From Chiloscyllium plagiosum (Eukaryota): a stretch of DNA of 34,418 nucleotides. The stretch covers positions 5,969,202 through 6,003,619 of the forward strand of contig NC_057757.1 of NCBI RefSeq assembly GCF_004010195.1, written 5' to 3'. Below, piece after piece: positions 23,245 through 34,418 of this stretch (the first letter of the stretch is position 1; every line of letters starts with the position of its first letter). The notes beneath the pieces were generated by a model. That model made no database searches. It was given only the letters and a program-made list of their open reading frames with translations, and had not been told where the DNA came from. A program made the translations under genes and the position numbers.

Positions 23245-23648
23245 GAAAGTGGGTGCTGCAGATGCTGGAGATTAGAGTCAAGATTAAGTTTGTGTTGGAA
23301 AAGCAAGGGGTGGCACGGTGGCTCACTGGTTAGCACTGCTGCCTCACAGCACCAGGGACCCGGGTTCGATTCCAACCTCAGGCGACTGTCTGTGTGGAGT
23401 TTGCACATTCTCCCCGTGTCTGCGTGGGTTTCGTCTGGGTGCTCTGGTTTCCTCCCACAGTCCAAAGATGTGCGGGTTAAGGTGAATTTAGTCAGAGGGG
23501 AAACGGGTCTGGGCGGGTTACTCGTCGGTGTGGAACGCGTTGGGCCGAAGGGCCTGTTTCCACACTGTAGGGAACCTAATCTAAAAAAGTCAGCCAGCAT
23601 CCGCTGAACAGGACAATCGACATTTCGGGCAAAAGCCCTTCATCAGGA
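23245..23648. mobile_element. Family A Penelope-like arm (minus-strand hammerhead core at 23619-23646) split by an HE1 SINE (23308-23583, +)
   Basis: Reverse complement reads CTGATGA-a-GGGC tttt GCCC-GAAA-TGTC; full SINE consensus in the middle. Confidence 0.75.
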
Positions 23649-24406
23649 ACACTTTCTAACCCAATCGCATCCGATGAACAGTCCCACCCCATCTATTCAG
23701 TCACACCACAATTGCCATCTCTTTCGCCATCGAGCCAGAAGGTTGTGGGTTCATGCCCTATCCCAGGATTTTAGTGTGTAGTTGAGTCCCACACTCCCGG
23801 CTCTTGAGGAAGAGCTGTCGTGTCAGAAATTCCGTCTTTCCGGATGAGGTGATAAGTTGTTACCGCTCCCTCTTACAAACGTCCCCACGGCTCCTGTTGG
23901 GAGAAGAGACGTTGTGAGGGTGGTGGGGTGAGGTGAGTTCTCCGTAGTGTGTAAAGTGCCTAATTCCTAAACCTCAACCGACAGCGAAAACTGTCAAGAC
24001 AAAAAAAAAACCCAAATGAACCGCGGATGCTGTAAATCACAAACAAAACACAGAAATTGCTGGAAACAAAGCTCTGAGGCAAGAAATCAGAGTTAACGCT
24101 TCAAGTCGAGTGGCCCCTTCCTCAATGTTAGGGTCACCTGACCCGAAATGTTAACTCTGCTGTCTCTCCACAGATGCTGAGCTTTTCCTGCAAGTTCTGT
24201 TTTTTGTAGCTGGAACTGCCATTCCCCCATCCCCATTTTAGTGGGAGCTTGCTGCTGCGTTTCTGATGTTCCAACGGTGTGCGTGTTTATCGTCTGTCCA
24301 GGATTTGGCCAAGGGATTACCTCTGTGCGGGTTCCACCTCCTTGGTTACAGTTCCCTCCTGGGGCCCAGGTTACTTGGTTGAAGTGAGTGTCCTTCCTGT
24401 TTGCAG

Positions 24407-24568
24407 ATTACATCACACGCTGTGATTTCAACGATGACGCCAAACCCTACTGCGACTGGGTCCAACCAGTAGGCAGCGACGATGGAGACTGGGACCGCTC
24501 GAAAGGTTCGGTATTAACCAAGCCATTGGAGGACCATCCTGCTCCTTGGGACGGGGCCAACAGGACAG
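24407..24568 (+). CDS. ZAN: Zonadhesin-like gene, MAM domain 1 N-terminal exon
   Basis: Acceptor tccttcctgtttgcag|, donor CAG|gtaggg, 162 bp, phase 1-1. Encodes (D)YITRCDFNDDAKPYCDWVQPVGSDDGDWDRSKG...; resembles mammalian zonadhesin MAM1 (CDFEDDAKPLCDW, recalled). Confidence 0.9.
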
Positions 24569-24708
24569 GTAGGGTGGTACCCAAGTTGGGGCAGCGAGCT
24601 GGAATGGGCAAGTCATTCCTAGCCTTCAGCCGAGGGCCGGGAATGGGAGGCTCCCGTGAAACCCAATATGTTGCGATCTCGTGATGGAACTGCAGGGCTG
24701 AAGGAGCG

Positions 24709-24944
24709 CTGTCTGTGTGGAGTTTGCACATTCTCCCCTGTGTCTGCGTGGGATTCCTCTGGGTGCTCCGGTTTCCTCCCACAATCCAAAGATGTGCAGG
24801 TCAGGGTGAATTGGCCATGCTAAATTGTCCCATAGTGTTAGGTGGATAAGTCAGAGGGAAATGGGTCTGGGTGGGTCACTGTTCGGAGGGTCGGTGTGAA
24901 CTGGTTGGGCCGAAGGGCCTGTATTCCACACTGTAGGGAATCCA
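24709..24944 (+). mobile_element. HE1-type SINE, 5' truncated
   Basis: Central domain and tail. Confidence 0.88.
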
Positions 24945-25269
24945 ACCTTAGCTCATTCTCCCCACTCTCTAGCAGGAGAGATATCTCGTGAAGTCTCATT
25001 TGGATTTGTTGGTGACCTTCTTATACGGATGGCTGTATTGGACTGCCCTGGTTTGAGACGCATCTGTAGCCTTGAGGCTCCCCTCTCTGACTGTACTGCC
25101 CCCCTCCCCCATTCTGAACCTCTTTCTGCTGTGGCTTTGCCTTCTCTCAGAATGACCACTGGCGGGCTCCTCCCATTTCTTCACATGTTAATGTAGGTAG
25201 CTCTTCCACCCTCCCTTTCTCAGAGTCTCGACACCGTGTGAGTACTGATGACTGATTGACGTATGTACC

Positions 25270-25541
25270 TGCATTGCTGCCTCACGGCGCCAGGGCCTCG
25301 GGTTCGATTCCAGTCTCGGGGGCGTCTGTCTGCGTGGAGCTTGCACATTCTCCCTGGTGGGTTTCCTCCGCTCTCCTCCAAAGATGTGCAGGTCAGGCCA
25401 CAGCGTTTAGAGATGTGTAGGCTAAGTGGATTAGCCATAAGAAATGGAGAGTTATGGTTGGATGGGGGGGGGTGGATCTGGGTGGGAGGGTCAGTATGGA
25501 CTTGATGGTCCGAATGGCCTGCTTCCGTGAAGTAGGGATTC
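25270..25541 (+). mobile_element. Degenerate HE1-type SINE
   Basis: B box gggttcgattcc and a diverged central domain. Confidence 0.8.
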
Positions 25542-26090
25542 AGTGATTCAACATCTCCTGACAGGTGCAAACACCTTCTCTACATCCATACGACCAAATT
25601 ATTTTATAAAGACATCATCTCCTCTCAGCCTGTGCTGGAGAACGCAACCCAGTCCTTTCTATGATAGTTCTATGCTCTCGGTCCCTTACTCTATCCATCA
25701 TTCCACTCCACCTCCCCTAGCTCTCTACATCATTTTCTTATTATGAAGGCGAGAACTGGGGGCAGTATGAGTTAGCAGGGATCCACGGGAATGGTGTGGA
25801 TCAGGAATTCCCAAATGCTTCCGAAGCTGATCCAATCTTGGGGCTCGAAAGTTTTGGCCGTTGAGCAGTGAATTGGAGGGGGCGGTGATCGATGGGAAGA
25901 GGTGGATAAAGACTAGCATGAAACCTGTTGGGCTGAATGGCCTGCTGTCGTGCTGTGTCTATTCGGTCACAGAGCTCCATGTGTGCTCGAGCCAAGGGGA
26001 GATGGAACAGCAAGTCCCACCTTTTTAATAAAGTCTTATCTCGAAAGTCTGATTGAATAAGTAATTATTATTTCCTTGTCTTTGAACCAG

Positions 26091-26353
26091 GTTACTACAT
26101 CTACCTGGATACTGTCAAATATCATCCCAAACAGTTCATCCGTCTGGAAAGTTCGACTGTGAATGTCACTGGCGATGTGTGTGTCGAGTTCTCTTACTAC
26201 ATGTATGGAGGGTTTGATAATGGACAGACCCTCAGAGTCCTACTCGCTCAAGACCCAGGCGACATGCAGCTGTGGAGTCGCAACGTATCCCAGAGCCACG
26301 CCTGGCTGTCGGGGTCAGTCACCATCCCGGGGCAGACCAGCGGCACCGTCCGG
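26091..26353 (+). CDS. ZAN: Zonadhesin-like gene, MAM domain 1 core exon
   Basis: Acceptor tttccttgtctttgaaccag|, donor CGG|gtgagg, 263 bp, phase 1-0. Encodes (G)YYIYLD...IRLES...GDVCVEFSYYMYG...LRVLL...LWSR...W...SVTIP, the MAM signature. Confidence 0.92.
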
Positions 26354-27101
26354 GTGAGGCGCTATATCAATCCTCGGGATTATCGGGGGTGGGGGGTGGG
26401 GGGGGCTCCCCTTCCCCTTGGTTCATTCCTTACACCCATCCCGCTGTGACCCAATTTACCACCCTGGGCACCAACTGAATTCAGATAGCGCCTCAGCGTA
26501 TTCCCCTTCGCCCTGCAGTGCAGTGATGGAAGGAAGTGTGGCAGCCATTTGGGCACAGCAAGATCCCACACACTGCAAGGTCACAGTAACCAGGTGATTG
26601 ACTTTACGGGAGGGGGAGATTTTGTTGGCGAAGGCCCCCCCTCACTTGAATAGCACCATTCAATCTTTCACACTAACCTGAGAGAGAAGGAAAGAGAGAT
26701 TTGGGTGGCTTTGTTGAAACACACAAGTTTTATTTCAGACAGTTTTTAAGGTTGCCTGTCCTGGTTCTAGCCCATAAAGCATGAAGCTTCTTGTGGAAGT
26801 TAGTTCCGTAACAATCGAGGGTGATTGAAATCATGGTTGACATCTAATTGTCAAAGCCATTTCCAAAATGGAGTCAGGCAGAAGGGGACAGCAAGCGGTT
26901 TTGATAAGGGGCGATGGATGTCACGCCAATGCCCCCACCCCGATCAGTAAGGTTGATCTTTACCCTTGAGGCACAGTGTGCCCTTTCAAAAATGCAGGTG
27001 TACATCCTCCTCCATTAGGACTCCGAGTGCCTTGTCAATTGTGTGCCCCTCCCCCAGCCTGCTGACATCGTTCAGCGTGACTCTGTCTCCTTTTCCAACA
27101 G

Positions 27102-27186
27102 GTTATTTTTGAGGCGACCCGAGGCGGGAACGACTCGGCTCAAACGGCGCTGGATAACGTTGCCATAACGATGGGGCCTTGCTTCG
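27102..27186 (+). CDS. ZAN: Zonadhesin-like gene, MAM domain 1 C-terminal exon
   Basis: Acceptor ctccttttccaacag|, donor G|gtgagt, 85 bp, phase 0-1. Encodes VIFEATRGGNDSAQTALDNVAITMGPCF (MAM end motif FE..RG......ALD......G.C). Confidence 0.92.
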
Positions 27187-28623
27187 GTGAGTCCAACCCG
27201 AAGCCTAACCTGTAGGTGGTGGTGTTGATGAATGGAGACACTGAGGGGGGGTGGTTTCCAACAGGTCAGCTGGTAGGAATGGGGCCCAGTTCTGACCTGG
27301 ATTGAAGTTAGCGGAAGACACAATCAGATTCTCTGCGGGTGGGGGAAATCACAGCTCATATGCTGGTGAAAAATCAACCATAATTTCTTCATTTTAAAAC
27401 TGGCCTAAGCGTGTCTACAAGAGGCCTAGAGGCCGTGAGGGAATCTCAAAGTTAACAGATTGCTGACTTACGATAGCATTGTTTCTTCTTCTGTCTGCTT
27501 GGATCTTTTTTTAAGGATCAGGAAGGCGGTATTTTTCAGTTTAATACATTTGTTAGGACTCCCAAGCATATCTATCAACATTACAATGTGAGATAAATAA
27601 GCAAGCGCAGACCATTCGGGCCCTCAATCCCATTCGATAAAATCATTGTGTCCACAACCCGACTTTCCTTTTCCATCTCCCATAATCCTTTATGCTCTTG
27701 TCAATTGGGCCTAGCTTGGTCTTGAATATATTCAATGATCTGGCCACCACTGCCCATCTGGGGAAGAGAGTTCCAAACCCTCCAGGGAGGAGAGGTTCCT
27801 TCTCATCTCCACCTTCAGTGGGAAATCTGGCTGAGACCCCTGATTCGACCCCCAACCACAAGGGGAAACATCCTCTCAGCATCTACCCTCTCAGAAGCTT
27901 CCAGGCTTCAGTACGACCGCTTCTGGGTTTTCTCAAACTCTAATGAACGCAGGCCTAACGTGCCCAAGCCACTCCCAAGCACACCAGTGCCCGGCAGTAT
28001 CTCCAGCTGGCATGGAGCTCCCCATCCACGGGTAAAAGACCAATGGTGGAGGTAAGCACTGGGCACACCCCATGTCAAACACCATTCCATTCCATTTTAC
28101 AGCCCCCCCCCCTGTATCTGCTAACTTGGGAGGGTTAATAGGCAGTCCTTCATAAAATTCCAGTCAACTAACTGATAAATTTTGGAGCGTGCCTTACTTC
28201 AATGTTAATATATTCATACCCGAGGCCATGACAATGTCACTGGGCCAGTGATCAGCTTAGTACTGTGCAGAGGCGGGGGTTTCAAATCTCACCCCCGGAC
28301 AGTTCAATGGAGTTTCAATTCAATTAATAAATCCAGAGTCTGCCATGGTGGAAATGGCAACCATTATCCACCGTTGTAAAGGCCCATCCGGTTCACGAAT
28401 GTCCCGGGCAAAACTGCGACACCAATATTCCCTGAAGACAGAAGGCTCCAGAAATTTAGGGACCGGAATTCCAGTTTGAGGCTTGTTGTCCGAGATAATG
28501 GTTCGAAAAGGGATAATATTGGTGAATGTATTGAACTCCAAAAACCTAATATTGTCCCACACTCCTCGGAGGAGGACCAGGTAAGGCTAGGTAAGGCAAA
28601 TGGAGACAGATGGATCACTTTTG

Positions 28624-29135
28624 GGGTAGCACGGTAGCTCAGTGGTTAGCACTGCTGCCTCACAGCACCAGGGACCTGGGTTCGATTCCAGGCTCAGGCG
28701 TCTGTCTGTGTGGGTTTCCTCCGGGTGCTCCGGTTTTCCCCCACAGCCCAGGGATGTGCAGGTTAGGGTGGATTGGCCGTGCTAAATTACCCATGGTGCC
28801 CAGGGATGTGTAGGTTAGGGATAGTGTCCAGGGATGTGTAGGTTAGGGTGGGTTGGCCGTGCTAAATTACCCATAGTGTTCAGGGATGTGCAGGTTAGGG
28901 TGGTTTGGCCGTGCTAAATTACCCATAGTGTTCAGGGATGTGCAGGTTAGGGTGGATTGGCCGTGCTAAATTACCCATAGTGCCCAGGGATGTGCAGGTT
29001 AGGGTGGATTGGCCATGCGAAATACAGGGATAGGGTAAGGGGATGGATTGAGGTGGGATACTCTTCAGACGGGTGATACGGACACAAAGGGCTGAATGGC
29101 CTGCCTCCACACTGTGGGGGGGGTCTATGTTCTAT
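28624..29135 (+). mobile_element. HE1-type SINE with an internal 52-bp tandem expansion
   Basis: Unit starts at 28749, 28801 (28-bp short unit), 28829, 28881, 28933 and 28985. Confidence 0.9.
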
Positions 29136-29796
29136 GTCACCTCAGGCCCTGGTTAGTCTTTGAAATTATACCTAACTAGTTAACGTCATTTGTACATTGT
29201 TGGTGCAATGGAATAAACTATATCGGGTTGTTAAGACAAGTGCCTCTTCCGAAGGGAGACCCAGCAGTGATTAATCCTGTTATTACTGCTAATCAGATGG
29301 ACCCGAGACTCAGCAGGGAGAGCAGCATTGGCACAGCAGAGGTTACTCAAGACTGATGGGCACCACAGGGACTGGGGTACATTAGCACTCCAGAGAATGT
29401 CACTTTAGTTTTTAGTAAAGTTTCCCTGTAGTCTCTTATGAGATGCTATCGTGCATTTGGTGATACCTTTGTTCCAGGGCCCCATTAGGGGCAGTTTAAT
29501 TTTCATAAGTTTTTTTCTTTTAAGTGAGTAGAGAGGAGCATTTTCTCTATGACCTGGGCACCATATGGCCTGGCTTGCAATATTAATCCTTGAAACGATA
29601 TTTTCATTGCAATCTGACCCATTTGATTTTTGTTAGAACCCCACTCAGAGGCCGTCAGTTCATATTTTGCTTTAATTTGGTTAATTCTCTTGTTCTAAAA
29701 GAATACAAAGGAAGACTGATGGTAGACCAATCACCACAAGTCACTGGTGGCTGGTACATCAACAGACAGCAAGGATTTCGAACGTCCAGTAGGCTC

Positions 29797-30574
29797 GATA
29801 GCTCATTGGTTAGCACTGCTGCCTCAGGGCGCCAGGGACCCAGATTTGACTCCAACCTCGGGCAACTGTGCATGTGCAGTTTGTACTTTCTGACCATGTC
29901 TGCGTGGGTTTCCTCCAGGTGCTCTGGTTGCTTCCCACAGTCCAGGGATGTGCAGGTTAGGGTGGATTGGCCGTGCTAAATTACCCATAGTGCCCAGGGA
30001 GGGGCAGGTTAGGGAGGATTGGCCGTGCTACATTGTCCCATAGTGTCCAGGGATGAGCAGGTTAGGGTGGATTGGCCATGCTAAATTACCCATAGTGCCC
30101 AGGGGTGTGCAGGTTAGGGTGGATTGGCCATGCTAAATTACCCATAGTGTCCAGGGATGAGCAGGTTAGGGTGGATTGGCCATGCTAAATTACCCATAGT
30201 GCCCAGGGATGTGCAGGTTAGGGTGGATTGGCCGTGCTAGATTGTCCCATAGTGCCCAGGGAGGGGCAGGTTAGGGTGGATTGGCTATGCTAAATTACCC
30301 ATAGTGCCCAGGGATGTGCAGTTTAGGGTGGATTGCTGTGCTACATTGCCCCATAGTGTCCAGGGATGTGCAGGTTAGGGTGGATTGCTGTGCTACATTG
30401 CCCCATAGTGCCCAGGGATGTGCAGTTTAGACAGGTTCGCCATGGGAAATGCAGGATTACAGATATGGGGGGTGAGTGGGGGGGGGGGGGGGGAGGGGGG
30501 GCAGGCTCCTCGTTGCGGAGCTGTTGTGGACTTGATGGGCCAAATGGCCTGCTTTTGCGCTGTCGGGATTCTAT
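29797..30574 (+). mobile_element. HE1-type SINE with an internal 52-bp tandem array (9 full units plus a partial)
   Basis: Unit cagggatgtgcaggttagggtggattggccgtgctaaattacccatagtgcc starts at 29943, 29995, 30048, 30100, 30152, 30204, 30257, 30309, 30361 and 30413. Confidence 0.92.
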
Positions 30575-30925
30575 CTCATTCCATGCATGGCAAGATCCCA
30601 TAAAGCCTCCTGCCATATGGAACTAACCACCCTTTGTGGTCTGGTGTGGGCACTGGAGGAGGGGCCTGTTGGCATGTCGTGTCCTGTGGATTGTCACACA
30701 AATCCCCATCACCGACAGATCACAATTTTGATTTGATTAGATTAGATCCCCTACAGTGTGGAAACAGGCCATTCGGCCCAACAAGTCGACAGCAACCCTC
30801 CGAAAAGTAAGATAAATCAACGCTTCTTTTAATGGTCCCAAAGATTTTTCTTCTTAGTTGCTCATTGCACTCATTCACGTTCGAGAGAGACAGTCCGAGA
30901 GGCGTTATTAATTCTGGTCAAATTA

Positions 30926-32680
30926 CAGACATAGAACATAGAATGTTACAGCGCAGTACAGGCCCTTCGGCCCTCGATGTTGTGCCAACCTGTGATATTA
31001 ATCTGATGCCCATCTCAACTACACCATTCCATTATTATCCATATGTCTATCCAATGCCCATTTAAATACCCTTAATGTCGGCGAGTCTACTACTGTTGCA
31101 GGCAGGCCGTTCAACCCCCACTACTACTCTCTGAGTAAAGAAACTACCCTTGATATCTGTCCTGAATCTGTCACCCCTCAATTTAAAGCTGTGTCCCCTC
31201 ATGTTAGCCTTCACCATCCGAGGAAAAAGGCTCTCACAGTCCACCCTGTCGAACACTCTGATTATCTTATACGTCTTGATTAAGTCACCTCTCAACCTAC
31301 TTCTCTCCAACGAAAACAGCCTTAGTTCCTTCAGTCTTTCCTTGTAAGACCTTCCCTCCATACCAGGCAACATCCCAGTCAATCTCCTCTGAACCCTTTC
31401 CAAAGCTTCCGCATCCTTCCTATAATGTGGTGACCAGAACTGTACGCAATACTCCAGGTACAGCCGCACCAGTGTCTTGTACAGCTGAAGCATGACTTTG
31501 TGGCTCCAAAACTCAATCTCCCTACCAATAAACGCCAACAGACCATATGCCTTCTGAGGAACACTCTCAAACTGGCTGGCAACTTTCAGGGATTTATGCA
31601 CCTGGACACCAAGATCTCTCTGCCAAGCATTTTACCATTAGCCCAGTATTCAGTATTCCTGTTACTTCTTCCGAAGTGAACTTTTCTGCATTAAACTCCA
31701 TTTGCCACCTCTCAGCCCAGCTCTGCATCGTATCTATGTCCCTCTGTAACCCACAATATCCTTCGGCACTATCCACAACTCTGCCTATCTTAATGTCATC
31801 TACATATTTATTAACCCATCCTTCAATGGCCACCTCCAGATCATTTATAAAAATGACAAACAGCAGTAGCCCCAAAACAGATCCTTGCGGTACACCACTG
31901 GTAACTGAGCTCCAAGATGAACATTACCCATCAACTACCACCCTCTGTCTTCTTTCAGCTAGCCAATGTCTGATCCAAACCGCTAAATCACCTTCAATTC
32001 TGAAACTCTGTATTTTGTGCAACAGCCTACCGTGTGGAACCTTATCAAACACCTTACTGAAGTCCATATACACCACATCAACCACTTTACCTTCATCCAC
32101 CTGTTTTGTCACCTTCTGTAAAGAACTCAATACGGAACTCAACCCTTCACAAAACTGTGTTGACTATCCCTAATCAACTTATTCCATTCTCGATGATTAC
32201 AAGTCCTATCTCTTATAACCTTTCCCAACACCTTACCCAGAACTGAAGTAAGGCTCACTGGCCTATAATTCCCAGGGTTGTCCTGACTCTCCTTCTTAAA
32301 CAAGGGAACAACACTTGCAGTCCTCCAGTCTTCTGGCATTACTCCTGTCGACAATAATGACATAAAGATCGAAGCCAAAGGCTCTGAAATCTTCTCCCTG
32401 GCTTCCCAGAGAATCCGAGGATAAATCCCATCCAGCCCTGGGGTCTTATCTATTTTCAGATCTTCCAAAATAGCTAAAACCTCCTCTTCGTCAACCTCAA
32501 TCCCATCTAATCATGTAGCCAGTATCTCCGTATCCTCACTAGCATTGCCCTTTGCCAATGTGAATACTGACAAAAAGTATTCATTAAGCGCATCCCCTAG
32601 GTCCTCAGACACCACACACAACCTTCCACTACCGTCTTTGATTAGCCCAAATCTTAGTCTAGTCATTCATTTATTCCTGG
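30926..32680 (-). mobile_element. 5'-truncated CR1 LINE (about 1.75 kb, dead RT ORF2)
   Basis: PG.DGIYPRIL.E, PEDWR.A.VVPLFKK...PGNYRPVSLTSV, VDVVYMDFSK.FDKVPHGRL, INDL, YVDD and LEYCVQFWSPHYRKD, broken over several frames; (catagaa)n tail. Confidence 0.95.
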
Positions 32681-32717
32681 CACTAATTCATGACATTTCT
32701 CATCCTGCTCTGCACAG

Positions 32718-32870
32718 CTTGTATCAGAGGTTGCGATTTTGATGAGGACCTGTGTGGTTGGACGACAGAGAAGTATGTGGGTGATAAAGATGATTTTGGC
32801 TGGCAACAGTGGACAGGCAACACACCCACAGATCACTCAGGCCCTGATGATGACTTCTCCAAGCCTGGCT
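32718..32870 (+). CDS. ZAN: Zonadhesin-like gene, MAM domain 2 N-terminal exon (gene continues beyond the window)
   Basis: Branch-like cactaat (32681) and acceptor ctgctctgcacag|, donor T|gtaagg, 153 bp, phase 1-1. Encodes (A)CIRGCDFDEDLCGWT...W...GNTPTDHSGPDDDFSKPG. Confidence 0.9.
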
Positions 32871-33035
32871 GTAAGGAAACAGTGTTTTTAAAATCATACT
32901 CACAGAATTACTGCAGCACAAATCAACTTTAGAAAACTCATTTGATAGACACAAGCATGATCACAAACATTCACATACAATCTCACACATTCGCAGACTG
33001 ACACTCATTCACAAAAACTCATGTTCACATTCTTC

Positions 33036-34418
33036 TCCACACTCACACACGTTCACGCAGATACACCGTGCTCAGATACAACTCCATATCCACTCTCACA
33101 CACGTTCACACAGATACACCGTGCTCAGATACAACTCCATATCCACTCTCACACACGTTCACACAGATACACCGTGCTCAGATACAACTCCATATCCACT
33201 CTCACACACGTTCACGCAGATACACCGTGCTCAGATACAACTCCATATCCACTCTCACACACGTTCACACAGATACACCGTGCTCAGATACAACTCCATA
33301 TCCACACTCACACACGTTCACACAGATACACCGTGCTCAGATACAACTCCATATCCACACTCACACACGTTCACACAGATACACCGTGCTCAGATACAAC
33401 TCCATATCCACACTCACACACGTTCACACAGATACACCGTGCTCAGATACAACTCCATATCCACACTCACACACGTTCACACAGATACACCGTGCTCAGA
33501 TACAACTCCATATCCACACTCACACACGTTCACACAGATACACCGTGCTCAGATACAACTCCATATCCACACTCACACACGTTCACACAGATACACCGTG
33601 CTCAGATACAACTCCATATCCACACTCACACACGTTCACACAGATACACCGTGCTCAGATACAACTCCATATCCACACTCACACACGTTCACACAGATAC
33701 ACCGTGCTCAGATACAACTCCATATCCACTCTCACACACGTTCACACAGATACACCGTGCTCAGATACAACTCCATATCCACACTCACACACGTTCACAC
33801 AGATACACCGTGCTCAGATACAACTCCATATCCACACTCACACACGTTCACACAGATACACCGTGCTCAGATACAACTCCATATCCACACTCACACACGT
33901 TCACACAGATACACCGTGCTCAGATACAACTCCATATCCACACTCACACACGTTCACACAGATACACCGTGCTCAGATACAACTCCATATCCACACTCAC
34001 ACACGTTCACACAGATACACCGTGCTCAGATACAACTCCATATCCACACTCACACACGTTCACACAGATACACCGTGCTCAGATACAACTCCATATCCAC
34101 ACTCACACACGTTCACACAGATACACCGTGCTCAGATACAACTCCATATCCACACTCACACACGTTCACACAGATACACCGTGCTCAGATACAACTCCAT
34201 ATCCACACTCACACACGTTCACACAGATACACCGTGCTCAGATACAACTCCATATCCACACTCACACACGTTCACACAGATACACCGTGCTCAGATACAA
34301 CTCCATATCCACACTCACACACGTTCACACAGATACACCGTGCTCAGATACAACTCCATATCCACTCTCACACACGTTCACGCAGATACACCGTGCTCAG
34401 ATACAACTCCATATCCAC
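33036..34418. repeat. 53-bp tandem repeat, about 26 copies, running off the window end
   Basis: Unit atacaccgtgctcagatacaactccatatccac(a/t)ctcacacacgttcac(a/g)cag; period 53 (33061, 33114 ...). Confidence 0.97.

Noticed and set aside
30926..32680. Active reverse transcriptase gene
   Set aside because: 5'-truncated, frameshifted and internally deleted CR1.
33036..34418. CRISPR-like appearance of the regular arrays (also 13077-13590 and 29943-30440)
   Set aside because: Units are contiguous with no unique spacers, there are no cas genes, and the DNA is vertebrate.

Overview
Eukaryotic, repeat-dense vertebrate DNA, most likely from a shark (inferred from about 17 copies of an HE1/V-SINE-type tRNA SINE with (AATCT)n tails and many CR1/HER1-type LINE fragments). 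It has three assembly gaps: 5048-5547 (exactly 500 N), 6573-6714 and 17729-18322. Almost all ORFs in the supplied track are repeat noise. Reading splice signals by hand recovers two + strand genes. (1) A single 111-bp exon (4882-4992) of an intracellular FGF (FGF11-14/FHF subfamily, probably FGF11), with no other exons visible. (2) The first six coding exons of a zonadhesin (ZAN)-like gene (15927-32870). These splice in frame to 258 codons: signal peptide, short linker, complete MAM domain 1 and the start of MAM domain 2. The intervals hold nested retroelements (CR1, RTE, SINEs, a solo LTR) and three tandem arrays (32, 52 and 53 bp units). Three distinct families of short, often palindromic Penelope-like remnants each carry a minimal hammerhead-ribozyme core (CUGANGA-stem II-GAAA-UH) with co-varying stem I. 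All family assignments come from recalled consensus features; no database search was run.
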